Source: a bacterium
Lineage (GTDB): Bacteria; Zhuqueibacterota; Zhuqueibacteria; Oceanimicrobiales; Oceanimicrobiaceae
Direction: 5' to 3'
DNA length: 41,442 bases
Assembly (NCBI GenBank): GCA_046756745.1
Contig: JBHHWX010000002.1
Coordinates: forward strand, 1-41,442
Shown here: positions 1-9,195 of the stretch, piece by piece
How the letters are laid out: each line of letters starts with the position of its first letter
Numbering within the stretch: position 1 is the stretch's first letter
Made by a program: the position numbers and the translations under genes
Notes under the pieces: model-generated
What the model was told of the DNA's origin: nothing
The model's input: only the letters and a program-made list of their open reading frames with translations
Databases searched by the model: none

Positions 1-547
1 GGTGGATGCAAATGGCAATAACGTTTCTGCAAGGGATGCCAACGGTCAGCCGACAGGCGCTATTCTGCAAAAGAAAATTGGCGATCCCAATCCCGCTTAT
101 ATCGCTTCCGTGACAAATGAGCTGAAATACCGAAACTGGTCTTTCCGGGCGCAATTTGATGCTGTGCAGGGAAATGATGTCTTGAGCTGGGATTCACGAA
201 TGTTCTTTCGATTTGGTGGTGGTGTACAAACTGGCAAGGAGTTAAAGGGAGAAGAACCAAAAGGTACCGGGCGGGCTAAATTCGGTATAGCCGAGGCCTA
301 TATTGAAGATGGTTCATTTGTCAAACTGCGTGAGTTATCACTTTCGTACCTGTGGAATAACCCGTTCAGGGGATTGAGTAGTTTGAGATTTACCGTCACC
401 GGTAGAAACCTTTTGTCATTTGATGACTACTCGAAGTGGGACCCCGAAGTAAACATGGAAGCCCAGAGTAATGGTGCAAGAGGTGGAATCATGGGATTAA
501 CTCCGATTCCGAGAGTTATCACATTTGGAATTAGTGTTAGCAATTGA
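1..547 (+). CDS. SusC/RagA-family TonB-dependent receptor, C-terminal part (5' truncated by window edge)
   Basis: Typical SusC C-terminal motifs IGDPNP, YIEDGSFVKLRELSLSY, GRNLLSF...DPE and a final beta-strand; directly upstream of a SusD gene. Confidence 0.93.
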   Translation, partial: VDANGNNVSARDANGQPTGAILQKKIGDPNPAYIASVTNELKYRNWSFRAQFDAVQGNDVLSWDSRMFFRFGGGVQTGKELKGEEPKGTGRAKFGIAEAYIEDGSFVKLRELSLSYLWNNPFRGLSSLRFTVTGRNLLSFDDYSKWDPEVNMEAQSNGARGGIMGLTPIPRVITFGISVSN

Positions 548-572
548 ACTACTTTAATAGGAGGTACAGGAA

Positions 573-1922
573 ATGAAGCATAGAGCAAAACAGACAATTG
601 TGGCAATCTTTGCCCTTTTCGTGCTGGCCTTAACCTCGTGCGATACTGACTTTGTTAATCCGAATAATCCTACTGAGGATGTCATATTTGAATCTAAGGA
701 AGGACTGTTTGCACTCAGCATTGGGTTAAACCAGTATTTTACAACTACGGTATTGCGTCAAGTCATAGAGGCTCCTGGCATCACGACCCGGGAATTAGGC
801 GTTACCAACACCTTTCTCAACATAAACGAGCTCGCCAGGGGAAGCACGGAACTGCCCCCTGAGAGTGGAGGGATAACCAATCCCTGGGTAACGCTTCTCA
901 GAGCCAAGGGGATGGCTGAATCGCTGATCGCCGGCGTGGACGCTATTGATTTGGCGCCCGGCACGCGTAGTGGACTTCTCGCTTACGGCAATTTTTACAA
1001 GGCGATATGTCTGGGATATCTGAGCGGTATGTGGGAACAGGCGGTCATAAATAATTCTCCGGATGGAGATGCGGCCTTCAGTGACCGGGCCACTGTTTTG
1101 GCGGAGGCCATTAATTTGCTAACAGAGGCGAGAGACGCCATCAATGCTAATCCAATATCGGACGATTTTAAGAGTAGCGTATTGGGAGATAACTTTAACA
1201 TGCTGAAGTCTGTCAATGCATTTCTCTCACGCTTCAGTCTCATGGCCGGAAACTATAACGATACAATTACTCATGCGGATGCCGTATTAAACGATGCGAG
1301 TGCGCCGGCAAGTTCCGTGTACAACTACGATGCAAACAATGTCAATCCCATATGGTTCCGAATCAATCCTGGAGCCTCTGACCTGAAGCCGCAAACGAAT
1401 TTTGGATTGCTGGGTCCTTTTGTTCCGGAGCCAGGGGACGGCAGGATTGCATTTTATCTGGGAGCAGATGCCGGTACCGCCAATATCGATGCCGGTGGAC
1501 AACCCTTAAGTCAAGCGCTTGGATTCTGGACCACCTCGACTTCCCCCATTCCAGTTTACCTCCAGGGTGAGATGCTGCTCAACAAGGCGGAAGCTTACGC
1601 CAGGCTGAATCAACTCCCGGATGCGGTCAGCAATTTAAATCTGGTCAGAGAAAAGACTGATGACCCACTCGGCGTTAATGCAGGTCTTGCAGCCTGGACC
1701 GGCGATGTAAACAGCCAGACAGATATCCTGGAAGAGATTTATAAGAACCGTGCTATCGAATTGTTTCTCAACGGTACGCGATTCGAAGACAGCAGGAGAT
1801 TTCATCCAAATTTGAATCCAGCGGTTGACAACCTGACAAACGAGCGTAACAGAAATTTTTATCCTTATCCTTCTATTGAACGGGATAACAATCCAAACAC
1901 TCCGGCGGATCCGGCAATTTAG
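573..1922 (+). CDS. RagB/SusD-family nutrient-binding outer-membrane lipoprotein
   Basis: Lipobox LTSC after a hydrophobic signal; SusD C-terminal motifs EMLLNKAEA, LNLVRE, RAIELFLNGTRFEDSRR, YPYPSIE; GGAGG RBS upstream. Confidence 0.92.
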   Translation: MKHRAKQTIVAIFALFVLALTSCDTDFVNPNNPTEDVIFESKEGLFALSIGLNQYFTTTVLRQVIEAPGITTRELGVTNTFLNINELARGSTELPPESGGITNPWVTLLRAKGMAESLIAGVDAIDLAPGTRSGLLAYGNFYKAICLGYLSGMWEQAVINNSPDGDAAFSDRATVLAEAINLLTEARDAINANPISDDFKSSVLGDNFNMLKSVNAFLSRFSLMAGNYNDTITHADAVLNDASAPASSVYNYDANNVNPIWFRINPGASDLKPQTNFGLLGPFVPEPGDGRIAFYLGADAGTANIDAGGQPLSQALGFWTTSTSPIPVYLQGEMLLNKAEAYARLNQLPDAVSNLNLVREKTDDPLGVNAGLAAWTGDVNSQTDILEEIYKNRAIELFLNGTRFEDSRRFHPNLNPAVDNLTNERNRNFYPYPSIERDNNPNTPADPAI

Positions 1923-1947
1923 ATCTATTATTAAGCAATTTAAAAAC

Positions 1948-1988
1948 AAAAGCCTTGCTTTGTTCTATAACTCAGCAAGGCTTTTTTT
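1948..1988 (+). terminator. Intrinsic terminator after susD
   Basis: AAAAGCCTTGCT...AGCAAGGCTTTTTTT hairpin followed by a T run. Confidence 0.75.
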
Positions 1989-1999
1989 CGGTAAGAAAC

Positions 2000-2049
2000 G
2001 CTCGGCGGGGATGCCTTCGCTAAGAGGCTTTTCGAGTTTTCGTTCAGAC
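2000..2049 (-). repeat. Partial reverse copy of the TGTCTGAACGAAAAC-ended miniature element
   Basis: Reverse complement reads GTCTGAACGAAAACTCGAAAAGCCTCTTAGCGAAGGCATCCCCGCCGAGC, matching the copies at 7846 and 30934. Confidence 0.8.
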
Positions 2050-2082
2050 CTTATCTTAAGGAGGATGTATTTAAACGTGACC

Positions 2083-3087
2083 ATGATCTTACGCTCCAAG
2101 TTGCTCATCCTGTCTGCGATTGCCCTATTTTCATGTGTTGGCAATGATGAATTTGAAATCCCTGATACATCGCACATGAGGTGGTTCAAAGGCAATACGC
2201 ACACACATACAACCAGGAGCGATGGCGACTCGTCACCGGAATACGTTGCAAACTGGTACAAGGAGCACGGCTATGATTTTCTGGTCATGTCCGATCACAA
2301 CTTCCTGACGGATGTTAAAGCGCTTGCTCACCTCGTTGATACAACCTTCTTATTGATTCCAGGTGAGGAGGTTACGACAAGCTTTCAAGAAAAGCCCGTT
2401 CATGTAAACGGCTTAAATATCGCAAAGCCGGTGAAGCCTGTCGTGGACACTTCACTTGTGGGCACCATTCAAAAAAATGTCAATGCAATTCGTCAGGTGA
2501 AAGGGGTTCCTCACATCAACCATCCAAATTTTAGATGGGCGTTCGGGCATAACGTGATTTTCAAAATACAGAACAATAGACTCCTGGAAATTTATAACGG
2601 TCATCCACTTGTCAATAATTTTGGCGGCGGCGGCTGGCCAGGAATGGAACAGGTTTGGGATCAATTGCTGACATCTGGCAAGCGCATTTATGGCATCGCC
2701 GTGGATGACGCGCATCATTTTCAAGGTGAGTTCTCACCAAAACGCTCCAATCCTGGTCGCGGCTGGATACATATGCGCGCGACCACATTAGAAGCCAATG
2801 AAATTATACGCAATCTCGAGGCCGGGCTTTTTTATGCAAGTACCGGAGTTGAGTTAGAAAACATCATCATTAAGCCCATAGCCATTGAAATTTACATTCG
2901 GCAGCACCGAGATTTTAAATACCGCACGGAGTTTATCGGTACGAGAGGGAAAGTGCTCTCTCGATCCGAATCCAATCCAGCGATTTTTGAACTGACGCAT
3001 CAGAAAAAATACGTTCGTGCGAAGGTTTACGATTCCGCCGGCTCTGTTGCCTGGGTTCAACCGGTGTTTATTCACAGAACCAGGTAA
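2083..3087 (+). CDS. PHP-domain (CehA/McbA-like) metallohydrolase, probable lipoprotein
   Basis: PHP motifs KGNTHTHT..SDG, SDHN, PGEE, HINHP, DDAH; lipobox LFSC. Start moved from 1876 because the upstream extension crosses the terminator and a repeat; 2077 (GTG) is an alternative start. Confidence 0.85.
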   Translation: MILRSKLLILSAIALFSCVGNDEFEIPDTSHMRWFKGNTHTHTTRSDGDSSPEYVANWYKEHGYDFLVMSDHNFLTDVKALAHLVDTTFLLIPGEEVTTSFQEKPVHVNGLNIAKPVKPVVDTSLVGTIQKNVNAIRQVKGVPHINHPNFRWAFGHNVIFKIQNNRLLEIYNGHPLVNNFGGGGWPGMEQVWDQLLTSGKRIYGIAVDDAHHFQGEFSPKRSNPGRGWIHMRATTLEANEIIRNLEAGLFYASTGVELENIIIKPIAIEIYIRQHRDFKYRTEFIGTRGKVLSRSESNPAIFELTHQKKYVRAKVYDSAGSVAWVQPVFIHRTR

Positions 3088-3099
3088 AGGACGAGAAAT

Positions 3100-4155
3100 A
3101 TGAAAAGAATCCCCCTTTTCTTGACTATCATTTATTTCGTATGTTATTATCCGTTCTCCATCTCAGCGCAAAATAACATTGAAAGCCTGTTTTACTATAT
3201 TAACCAGCAGCGAAGTTTTGAAAGCCTGCAAACCAATATAGGTAAAATCAGCATCATCGCGCCGGTTGCTTATAATGTCGATGAAGACGGCGTGGTCTGG
3301 GGCGGCGTTGATCCGCGTGTGCTTAAATTAGCCCGGGAGCATAAAGTAGATGTGATGCCGCTGATTCATAACCCCAAGTTTAACCAGGAAACGTTACATG
3401 GGTTACTCATGAGTGAAGAGGCTCGAAAACGGGCAGTTGACAGCCTGCTGGATGAATGTAAATCGTATCACTACCTGGGAATTCAGTTTGATTTTGAAAA
3501 CTTGAACATGAATGACAAAGACCTTTTCACTCAGTTTTTCAAAGAGACGGCGGATGCTTTGCACCGGGAAGACTTTCAGATCAGCGTTGCTGTTGTGCAC
3601 CGTCCGCAGAAATTTCCCGGGCCCACAAAATATTTCAAATGGTTATACAAAAACTGGCGCGCTGGCTATGACTTGAAAGCTTTAGCCCAAATTGGCGATT
3701 TCATATCTGTGATGACCTATTCTCAGCATACGAGAAGGACGCCGCCGGGCCCCAATGCGGGCATTCCTTGGGTTAGAAAAAATATCGAATTCTTTCTTAG
3801 GCACGTGCCTGCGGAAAAACTTTCTTTGGGGATTCCTGTTGTATCCCAGCACTGGAGAGCTGAGCAGGACGATGAGAAATATTTAGCCAATGCGCGCTCC
3901 TGGAGCAAAGCCTTGACCTACCCGGAAGCGATGGCTTTAACAGAACGCTTCGATGCCGAAATCACCTGGCTTGATAAGCAAAAGGTCCCATTTACCTTTT
4001 TCGAAAACGGCGGACTGTTCGAATACATCTTTTTCGAAAATGCCCGAACATTTCGGCACAAACTGGACTTGGCTAAAGAATACAAATTACGTGGGTTTTC
4101 AGTCTGGGTCATCGGTTACGAAGACCCGAATGTGTGGAAGGCTCTGCAAGAATGA
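3100..4155 (+). CDS. Secreted glycoside hydrolase family 18 (SleL/YdhD-like N-acetylglucosaminidase/chitinase fold)
   Basis: Signal peptide; GIQFDFEN catalytic motif (DxE kept), VMTYSQH, KLSLGIP, LRGFSVWVIG. Confidence 0.88.
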   Translation: MKRIPLFLTIIYFVCYYPFSISAQNNIESLFYYINQQRSFESLQTNIGKISIIAPVAYNVDEDGVVWGGVDPRVLKLAREHKVDVMPLIHNPKFNQETLHGLLMSEEARKRAVDSLLDECKSYHYLGIQFDFENLNMNDKDLFTQFFKETADALHREDFQISVAVVHRPQKFPGPTKYFKWLYKNWRAGYDLKALAQIGDFISVMTYSQHTRRTPPGPNAGIPWVRKNIEFFLRHVPAEKLSLGIPVVSQHWRAEQDDEKYLANARSWSKALTYPEAMALTERFDAEITWLDKQKVPFTFFENGGLFEYIFFENARTFRHKLDLAKEYKLRGFSVWVIGYEDPNVWKALQE

Positions 4156-4187
4156 GAGTAGCGTTTTGCAAAAAAGTGCAAAAAAAG

Positions 4188-4233
4188 AACGTGGATAACG
4201 CGGATTTAGCGGATCTGAACAGATTGGACGGAA
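4188..4233 (+). repeat. Short periodic repeat of 9-10 nt units
   Basis: AACGTGGAT AACGCGGAT TTAGCGGAT CTGAACAGAT TGGACGGAA between convergent genes. Confidence 0.6.
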
Positions 4234-4276
4234 AAGAGTGTTTCGAAGTTAGTGGATGCGGTAGGAATCATGCAGT

Positions 4277-5026
4277 CTATTTGAATTTCGGCAAAAGCCT
4301 GCCAACATAAAACCGCTCTTTGTCTACTAATCGGTTTGGCTCGATTGCATAATCATTGGGATAAAAATACTCCGTATCGGCGCCGATACCGTTTGTTTGC
4401 GGCTGGCTGCCCCAGTAGTGAAAGCCGATAATTTCACCTTCCTGGTCGTAGACCCAGTGCAGAAAAATGCAGGAGTGGCCGGAATTATCTTTGCGCCAAA
4501 ACTGCACAAAGTCGCCAGCGTTAGCATTCTCAAATGCGATTTTCTCCCCCAGCCCATGCGAGGTTAAGGCATAAACCGAACCCATTTCCTCGGGGGTTGA
4601 CAATGAGGAAAGCCCACCTTTTTCCAGCTTGATAAACCATTTATCCACGAACTTCTTCACATCTTCAACGGACATATTTATGATGGCGCCATCAGCGCTT
4701 TGCGAATGCGCCCAATTCTGCAAAACCGACATACCCACTTGCCAGCTCACCCCGACACAGTGCGTGCTGCGATTTTCTCGCGCCGTGCTTAAACGGGCGC
4801 CGAGATAATCGATGTTTTTTGCCGTGCCTAAATAGGTTGAATCATCTTCTGCATCCGGGTTGCCGGCTTTCGGCCAATAGTAACCGCCATTTTGTGGGAT
4901 GCTGTCTCCCATCACATATTGCAGAATTTTTTCTTGAAAAGGATACGTTTGAGGCGTTTTTGTGACGGTGCGGTGAGCGCAATTCAATGCAAACAGCCAA
5001 ACAAAAAATAATAGAATCCGAAGCAT
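4277..5026 (-). CDS. Hypothetical lipoprotein with a putative NlpC/P60 (papain-like) Cys-His dyad
   Basis: Start at 5026 gives MLRILLFFVWLFALNC with a GAGGAGAGG RBS; motifs STHCVG, AGDFVQFWR and SGHSCIF follow the NlpC/P60 order C...GD...H. Confidence 0.6.
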   Translation of the reverse strand: MLRILLFFVWLFALNCAHRTVTKTPQTYPFQEKILQYVMGDSIPQNGGYYWPKAGNPDAEDDSTYLGTAKNIDYLGARLSTARENRSTHCVGVSWQVGMSVLQNWAHSQSADGAIINMSVEDVKKFVDKWFIKLEKGGLSSLSTPEEMGSVYALTSHGLGEKIAFENANAGDFVQFWRKDNSGHSCIFLHWVYDQEGEIIGFHYWGSQPQTNGIGADTEYFYPNDYAIEPNRLVDKERFYVGRLLPKFK

Positions 5027-5065
5027 TTGAGTATGCAATTTTCCTCTCCTCGATGAATTCCGCAA

Positions 5066-5133
5066 AAATCCCAAATTCCAACAACCAAATCCCAACTTCA
5101 TTTAGGGATTTGGGATTTGTTAAATTAGGATTT
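5066..5133. repeat. Heptamer-based (AAATCCC/GGGATTT) imperfect palindrome
   Basis: AAATCCCAAATTCCAACAACCAAATCCCAA ... GGGATTTGGGATTTGTTAAATTAGGATTT; 5109-5131 matches 9141-9163 in reverse at 22/23 nt. Confidence 0.7.
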
Positions 5134-5190
5134 ACAGTAGCATGTTCAAAAGTTTGTAATTAAACAGGTTTATAAATTGGTTTACGTAAG

Positions 5191-7686
5191 CTACTCAGGC
5201 TGATAATTGACCCAAATCGGACTTGACCAGGCAACCGTGCCGTCGTTATACACAACTCGAAGATAGTAAAAATTCTTGCCAGGTGCAATGGTTTCATCTT
5301 TCAGTCCTTTATAAGCGGTGAGCGTGCCGCCGATTTTGCCCGAGACAAAAAGCTCTTTGTTGTTACGCAAAATATACGCATAAAGGATATCACGAGATCG
5401 GGCTTCGAATGAAATGACAGGAGACGAATCGATGTTGATAACGCTGCCCATCGGGTGGCCGTTGATGAAAAACTCCAGGTATTGTTTTTCACCTGCTGTT
5501 GCATAATTTCGCCGTTCTTTTAATGCCTGCCAAATGTTTTCCCGGGTTAACTCGCCTTTAAGCAACACCCCGGTCAATCCACCTTTGTAAGCATCTTCCC
5601 GCCACCCTTCGTTGGAATGATAGTATAGCCCATGAGAGTCCGAAGCGCCAACAAATCCAAAATGCTTACCCAAAGCAAGACCATCCTGGGCAAACGTGCC
5701 GGGCATGCCGCCGCGGTGACGGATGGGCAGGTTTCCCATGTATTCATTCGCTCCATGAATGGAGACGATTTCATAATTCGTCTGAATATCGGGATCGTGA
5801 TCTTCCCAGGTTATACCGCCCCAGGGAGGATGGTGGGGGAAGGCAATGGCATTAAAGTCGCGTAAAGTTCGAAATAGCGAAACGGCATCGTAAGCTATCT
5901 TACCATGGTGGTTGAAAAAAGGACTATCCTCGCCGCCCTTAAAATAGACATTTTTGTGTCCGATCTTAACGGTCGAATCCTGACTGCCGCTCCAGGTCGA
6001 GTGCGTCCACTCGTATCCGTTGATGGTCACGAACTTTCCGGGCTGATTATAGATTTCGTTTAACGCTTTGAGGTAAGCCCATTCACCCGGAGAACAATGA
6101 TTGTTCCCCAGTCGTAAGGCATCGTGATCTGTGATCGCTAAGAAGTCCAGACCATAGATATTTTTATATAAATTGTACAGTTCGTCAAAACTGCCGGATC
6201 CGTCAGAATAGGCCGTGTGCACATGAAGCTCACCATAGTAAACTTGGTAATGGCCCTGTTTGGTGGGACCGCGGTAGGAATCAGCCGCTGCCATTTCCAG
6301 ATTTTCCGGATACGATTTCTGCACATATTTCTTAAGCCGGACTTTCTGCTTTTTGGGATTTTTACGCGTCATTTTTTGTAAAAAGATGGTCTTACGATCG
6401 CGTCGCGCCATCCAGGCTTCGCGATCGGACATCCAGGCGAAATGAACGGTAAAACCCCGCAATCCCCATCCCAGCTCATCCAACAGCCAATTTTCACTCC
6501 AGGAGCCGTTTTCATAAAATGCTGCGCTAAACACATGATCATGCCGGTTAAAAAGATAAAGCCTTCCGAAGGGATCAAAAGTCAGGGTTGGATATTCATA
6601 CGATTGTGTCTCGCTTCGGCTGGTTAAATTGACACCCTTCATTTCCTGCAGCGGCTCATACCACAACTTGCCGTCGAATGCCCGGACAACGGGATAGCGA
6701 ATGATCCCCCAGCCGTTCTCTCCGCGCCGATTGGTGGTCCAGGCAATCCACAATTTCTTATCGTACCAGGCCAAGGTTGCTTTGCTATCGATAGCCGGGT
6801 GCGAGCTGACCCGAATTGGGTTTTGTAATAATTTATCTTTTTTGAAGCGATTGATGTAAACGTCTGTGTTGTGATTGGCTGTATAATCCCAGGCAAACCA
6901 AATGGCGCCATCAGGCGCTTCGAGAAGGGTAGGGCGATAGGCATAACCGGGCCGATTCTCCAGAATGATTTCCTCAGACCAGCGGCCGTGTCGAAAATAT
7001 TTGGCGACAATTTCTATGTTTTTTTCTGCAGTGCCGCGTTCCCAGGCAATCCAGACTCTTCCAGAGGCGTCCGCGAACACGACCGGCCTGAAATCATAAG
7101 ACTCAGTCGAAGTCATTTGCATTTCATTCCCCAAGTGACCTTCCGAATAAGTGCGTGCATAAATGTTCCATTGTTTTTGCCTTTTCGCGCACCAGACAAT
7201 CCAGACGACGTCATCCGGAGTCACGGCAATTCTTGGACGGTATTCTATCCCGGATTCGGCACTTACCTGTACCGGGGTTTTCCATTCGGGTTCTCCATCG
7301 AGTTTCAAATAGCGTTTTGGCGGAACGGTTTGAAGAACTTCTTTAAATTGCAACCCGGAATCCTTAAACGAGCTTAAAAAAATCGCTTCCTTGCCGGATT
7401 GCGAGGTAAAATTATAAGCAAGATAAACATTTTTTTTGCTGTCGATGGCAATGGATGGGTATTCCAATTTACCGTATTCAGCCTGACGATAACCAGGCAC
7501 ATGAAATTCTTCGGAAAAGACCAGGTCGCTTTCTAATTCAAACCAATATTTTGTTTCCCGGCTTGGAGGATAGTTTTTATCAACATGATGAGGAGTAGCG
7601 AATTGAAATGAAAGGATTGCAAACAACATGATGACAAGAAGTCCAATTTCAAAATGCCTTTTTCTGAGTTTCATGCTCTGCTTCAT
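5191..7686 (-). CDS. Secreted protein with an N-terminal beta-propeller-like repeat region and a C-terminal PHP/DUF3604-type metallohydrolase
   Basis: Repeated blades (RPxxAxxxDxxVWIxW); C-terminal YGELHVHTAYSDG, ITDHD, GYEWT, GHKNV, PHHP, ASDSH, AWSSPIWV. Confidence 0.8.
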   Translation of the reverse strand: MKQSMKLRKRHFEIGLLVIMLFAILSFQFATPHHVDKNYPPSRETKYWFELESDLVFSEEFHVPGYRQAEYGKLEYPSIAIDSKKNVYLAYNFTSQSGKEAIFLSSFKDSGLQFKEVLQTVPPKRYLKLDGEPEWKTPVQVSAESGIEYRPRIAVTPDDVVWIVWCAKRQKQWNIYARTYSEGHLGNEMQMTSTESYDFRPVVFADASGRVWIAWERGTAEKNIEIVAKYFRHGRWSEEIILENRPGYAYRPTLLEAPDGAIWFAWDYTANHNTDVYINRFKKDKLLQNPIRVSSHPAIDSKATLAWYDKKLWIAWTTNRRGENGWGIIRYPVVRAFDGKLWYEPLQEMKGVNLTSRSETQSYEYPTLTFDPFGRLYLFNRHDHVFSAAFYENGSWSENWLLDELGWGLRGFTVHFAWMSDREAWMARRDRKTIFLQKMTRKNPKKQKVRLKKYVQKSYPENLEMAAADSYRGPTKQGHYQVYYGELHVHTAYSDGSGSFDELYNLYKNIYGLDFLAITDHDALRLGNNHCSPGEWAYLKALNEIYNQPGKFVTINGYEWTHSTWSGSQDSTVKIGHKNVYFKGGEDSPFFNHHGKIAYDAVSLFRTLRDFNAIAFPHHPPWGGITWEDHDPDIQTNYEIVSIHGANEYMGNLPIRHRGGMPGTFAQDGLALGKHFGFVGASDSHGLYYHSNEGWREDAYKGGLTGVLLKGELTRENIWQALKERRNYATAGEKQYLEFFINGHPMGSVINIDSSPVISFEARSRDILYAYILRNNKELFVSGKIGGTLTAYKGLKDETIAPGKNFYYLRVVYNDGTVAWSSPIWVNYQPE

Positions 7687-7811
7687 TTTAAGAATGTCAG
7701 TTTGGAGGTCCGTCCTCTTAATTCCAATTTTTACAAAATAAGCAAAGTTACGTCAATAAAAAAGCAAAAAAGTATTAGCTTATAAATTGACAAATTCTTA
7801 AGATATAACAA

Positions 7812-7985
7812 TGAGTTTGGACTTTTCGGCAAAGCTCCTTGCCCGGTGTCTGGACGAAAACTTGGAAAAGGCGCAATTGAAAACCTCTTCGCGAAGGCGT
7901 CCCGCCGAGCAATGTTCTACCTTAAGTCTATGCCAGTCAGGCCTCGGCAAGAGGCCTTCGGGTAAGTGAGTTTGGACTTTTCGGC
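7812..7985 (+). mobile_element. Miniature repeat element (TGTCTG(A/G)ACGAAAAC end plus GAAGGCGTCCCGCCGAG hairpin) bracketed by a 19-bp direct repeat
   Basis: TGAGTTTGGACTTTTCGGC at 7812-7830 and 7967-7985; 7877-7912 is identical to 30965-31000 (36 nt). Confidence 0.8.
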
Positions 7986-8031
7986 CTTAGGTATCACTGA
8001 TGCAGATCTCAAAGAAAGGGAGGGAGTCGTT

Positions 8032-9135
8032 TTGAAAGACCGTCTTGTCTCACTGGATGCTTTTCGAGGTATAACCATAGCCGGGATGATCCTGGTGAAC
8101 AATCCCGGCAGTTGGAGTCACGTCTATCCACTATTACTGCATGCCAAGTGGCATGGCTGGACGCCAACGGATCTTATTTTTCCGTTTTTTCTTTTTATTG
8201 TCGGCGTGGCCATGGCTTTTTCTCTCTCTAAACATCTAGAGAATCCAGTGGCGAAACGGAAAATCTATCTCAAAATTTTCAGAAGAACCGTCATTATTTA
8301 TTTCCTCGGTCTTTTATTGAGTGGGTTTCCACATTTCAACCTTTCAACAATCAGAGTGGTCGGCGTTTTGCCAAGAATCGCCATGGTCTATCTTATCGCC
8401 TCCATCGTCACTTTGAATACGGGCATTAAAGGGCAGGCCGGGATCGCGGCCGGATTGCTGTTTTTATATTGGGGGCTGATGAAACTGGTACCTGTTCCGG
8501 GTTACGGCGCCGGCGATCTCAGTGTAGCAGGAAATCTGGCTGCGTTTATCGACAACATATTGCTGCAGGGCCACATGTGGAAAGAGACCTGGGATCCCGA
8601 AGGTTTGCTCAGCACCATCCCCGCGATTTCGACGACCTTGACAGGCGTGTTGACCGGCCATCTTTTACGCTCCGGGTTGGACAAAAGGGACATAGCAGGC
8701 TGGATGTTTGTTGTGGGTTGGTGTGCAATTATAGTCGGTCTATTCTGGCACATCGTTTTTCCTATCAACAAGAGCCTCTGGACGAGCTCGTATGTGGTTT
8801 TTACGTCCGGAGCGGCCTTGCAATTCCTCGGTTTTTGCTACTGGCTCATCGACGTAAAGGGACGCAAGAAATGGGCGCACTTTGCCATCATTTATGGTAT
8901 GAATTCCATTGCGGTTTTTGTTCTGTCAGGTCTCGTTGCCAGGATCATGCTACTCGTTAAGGTTGACGCGGTAAACGGCGCTTCGATTTCTTTTAAAACC
9001 TGGCTTTACCAAAACTTGTTTGCTTCCTGGGCAGGACCACTTAACGGTTCGCTGGCATTCGCATTGACGAATATCTTGTTCTGGCTGGCGATGATGGGGA
9101 TTTTATATCGAAAGAGAATTTTTATAAAAATATGA
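8032..9135 (+). CDS. NagX / heparan-alpha-glucosaminide N-acetyltransferase-like membrane protein (DUF5009/DUF1624)
   Basis: RLVSLDAFRG, MILVNNPG, HAKWHGWTPTDLIFPFFLF, DPEGLLS, PINKSLWTSSY; many TM helices. TTG start at 8032 after GGGAGGGAG. Confidence 0.9.
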   Translation: MKDRLVSLDAFRGITIAGMILVNNPGSWSHVYPLLLHAKWHGWTPTDLIFPFFLFIVGVAMAFSLSKHLENPVAKRKIYLKIFRRTVIIYFLGLLLSGFPHFNLSTIRVVGVLPRIAMVYLIASIVTLNTGIKGQAGIAAGLLFLYWGLMKLVPVPGYGAGDLSVAGNLAAFIDNILLQGHMWKETWDPEGLLSTIPAISTTLTGVLTGHLLRSGLDKRDIAGWMFVVGWCAIIVGLFWHIVFPINKSLWTSSYVVFTSGAALQFLGFCYWLIDVKGRKKWAHFAIIYGMNSIAVFVLSGLVARIMLLVKVDAVNGASISFKTWLYQNLFASWAGPLNGSLAFALTNILFWLAMMGILYRKRIFIKI

Positions 9136-9140
9136 AGAAC

Positions 9141-9184
9141 ATCCCAATTTAACAAATCCCAAACCTGTGGTGAGCGAAGTCGAA
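9141..9184 (+). repeat. Heptamer repeat arm joined to a CCTGTGGTGAGCGAAGTCGAA REP-like unit
   Basis: 9141-9163 matches the reverse complement of 5109-5131; followed by a GAGCGAAGTCGAA motif. Confidence 0.6.
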
Positions 9185-9195
9185 TCCACCCCTAT

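Noticed and set aside
6871-7377. Longer antisense or alternative-frame ORFs (6871-7377, 8469-8960, 12956-13390, 35928-36449, 40305-40748)
   Set aside because: Fully overlap well-supported genes and show no recognisable motifs.
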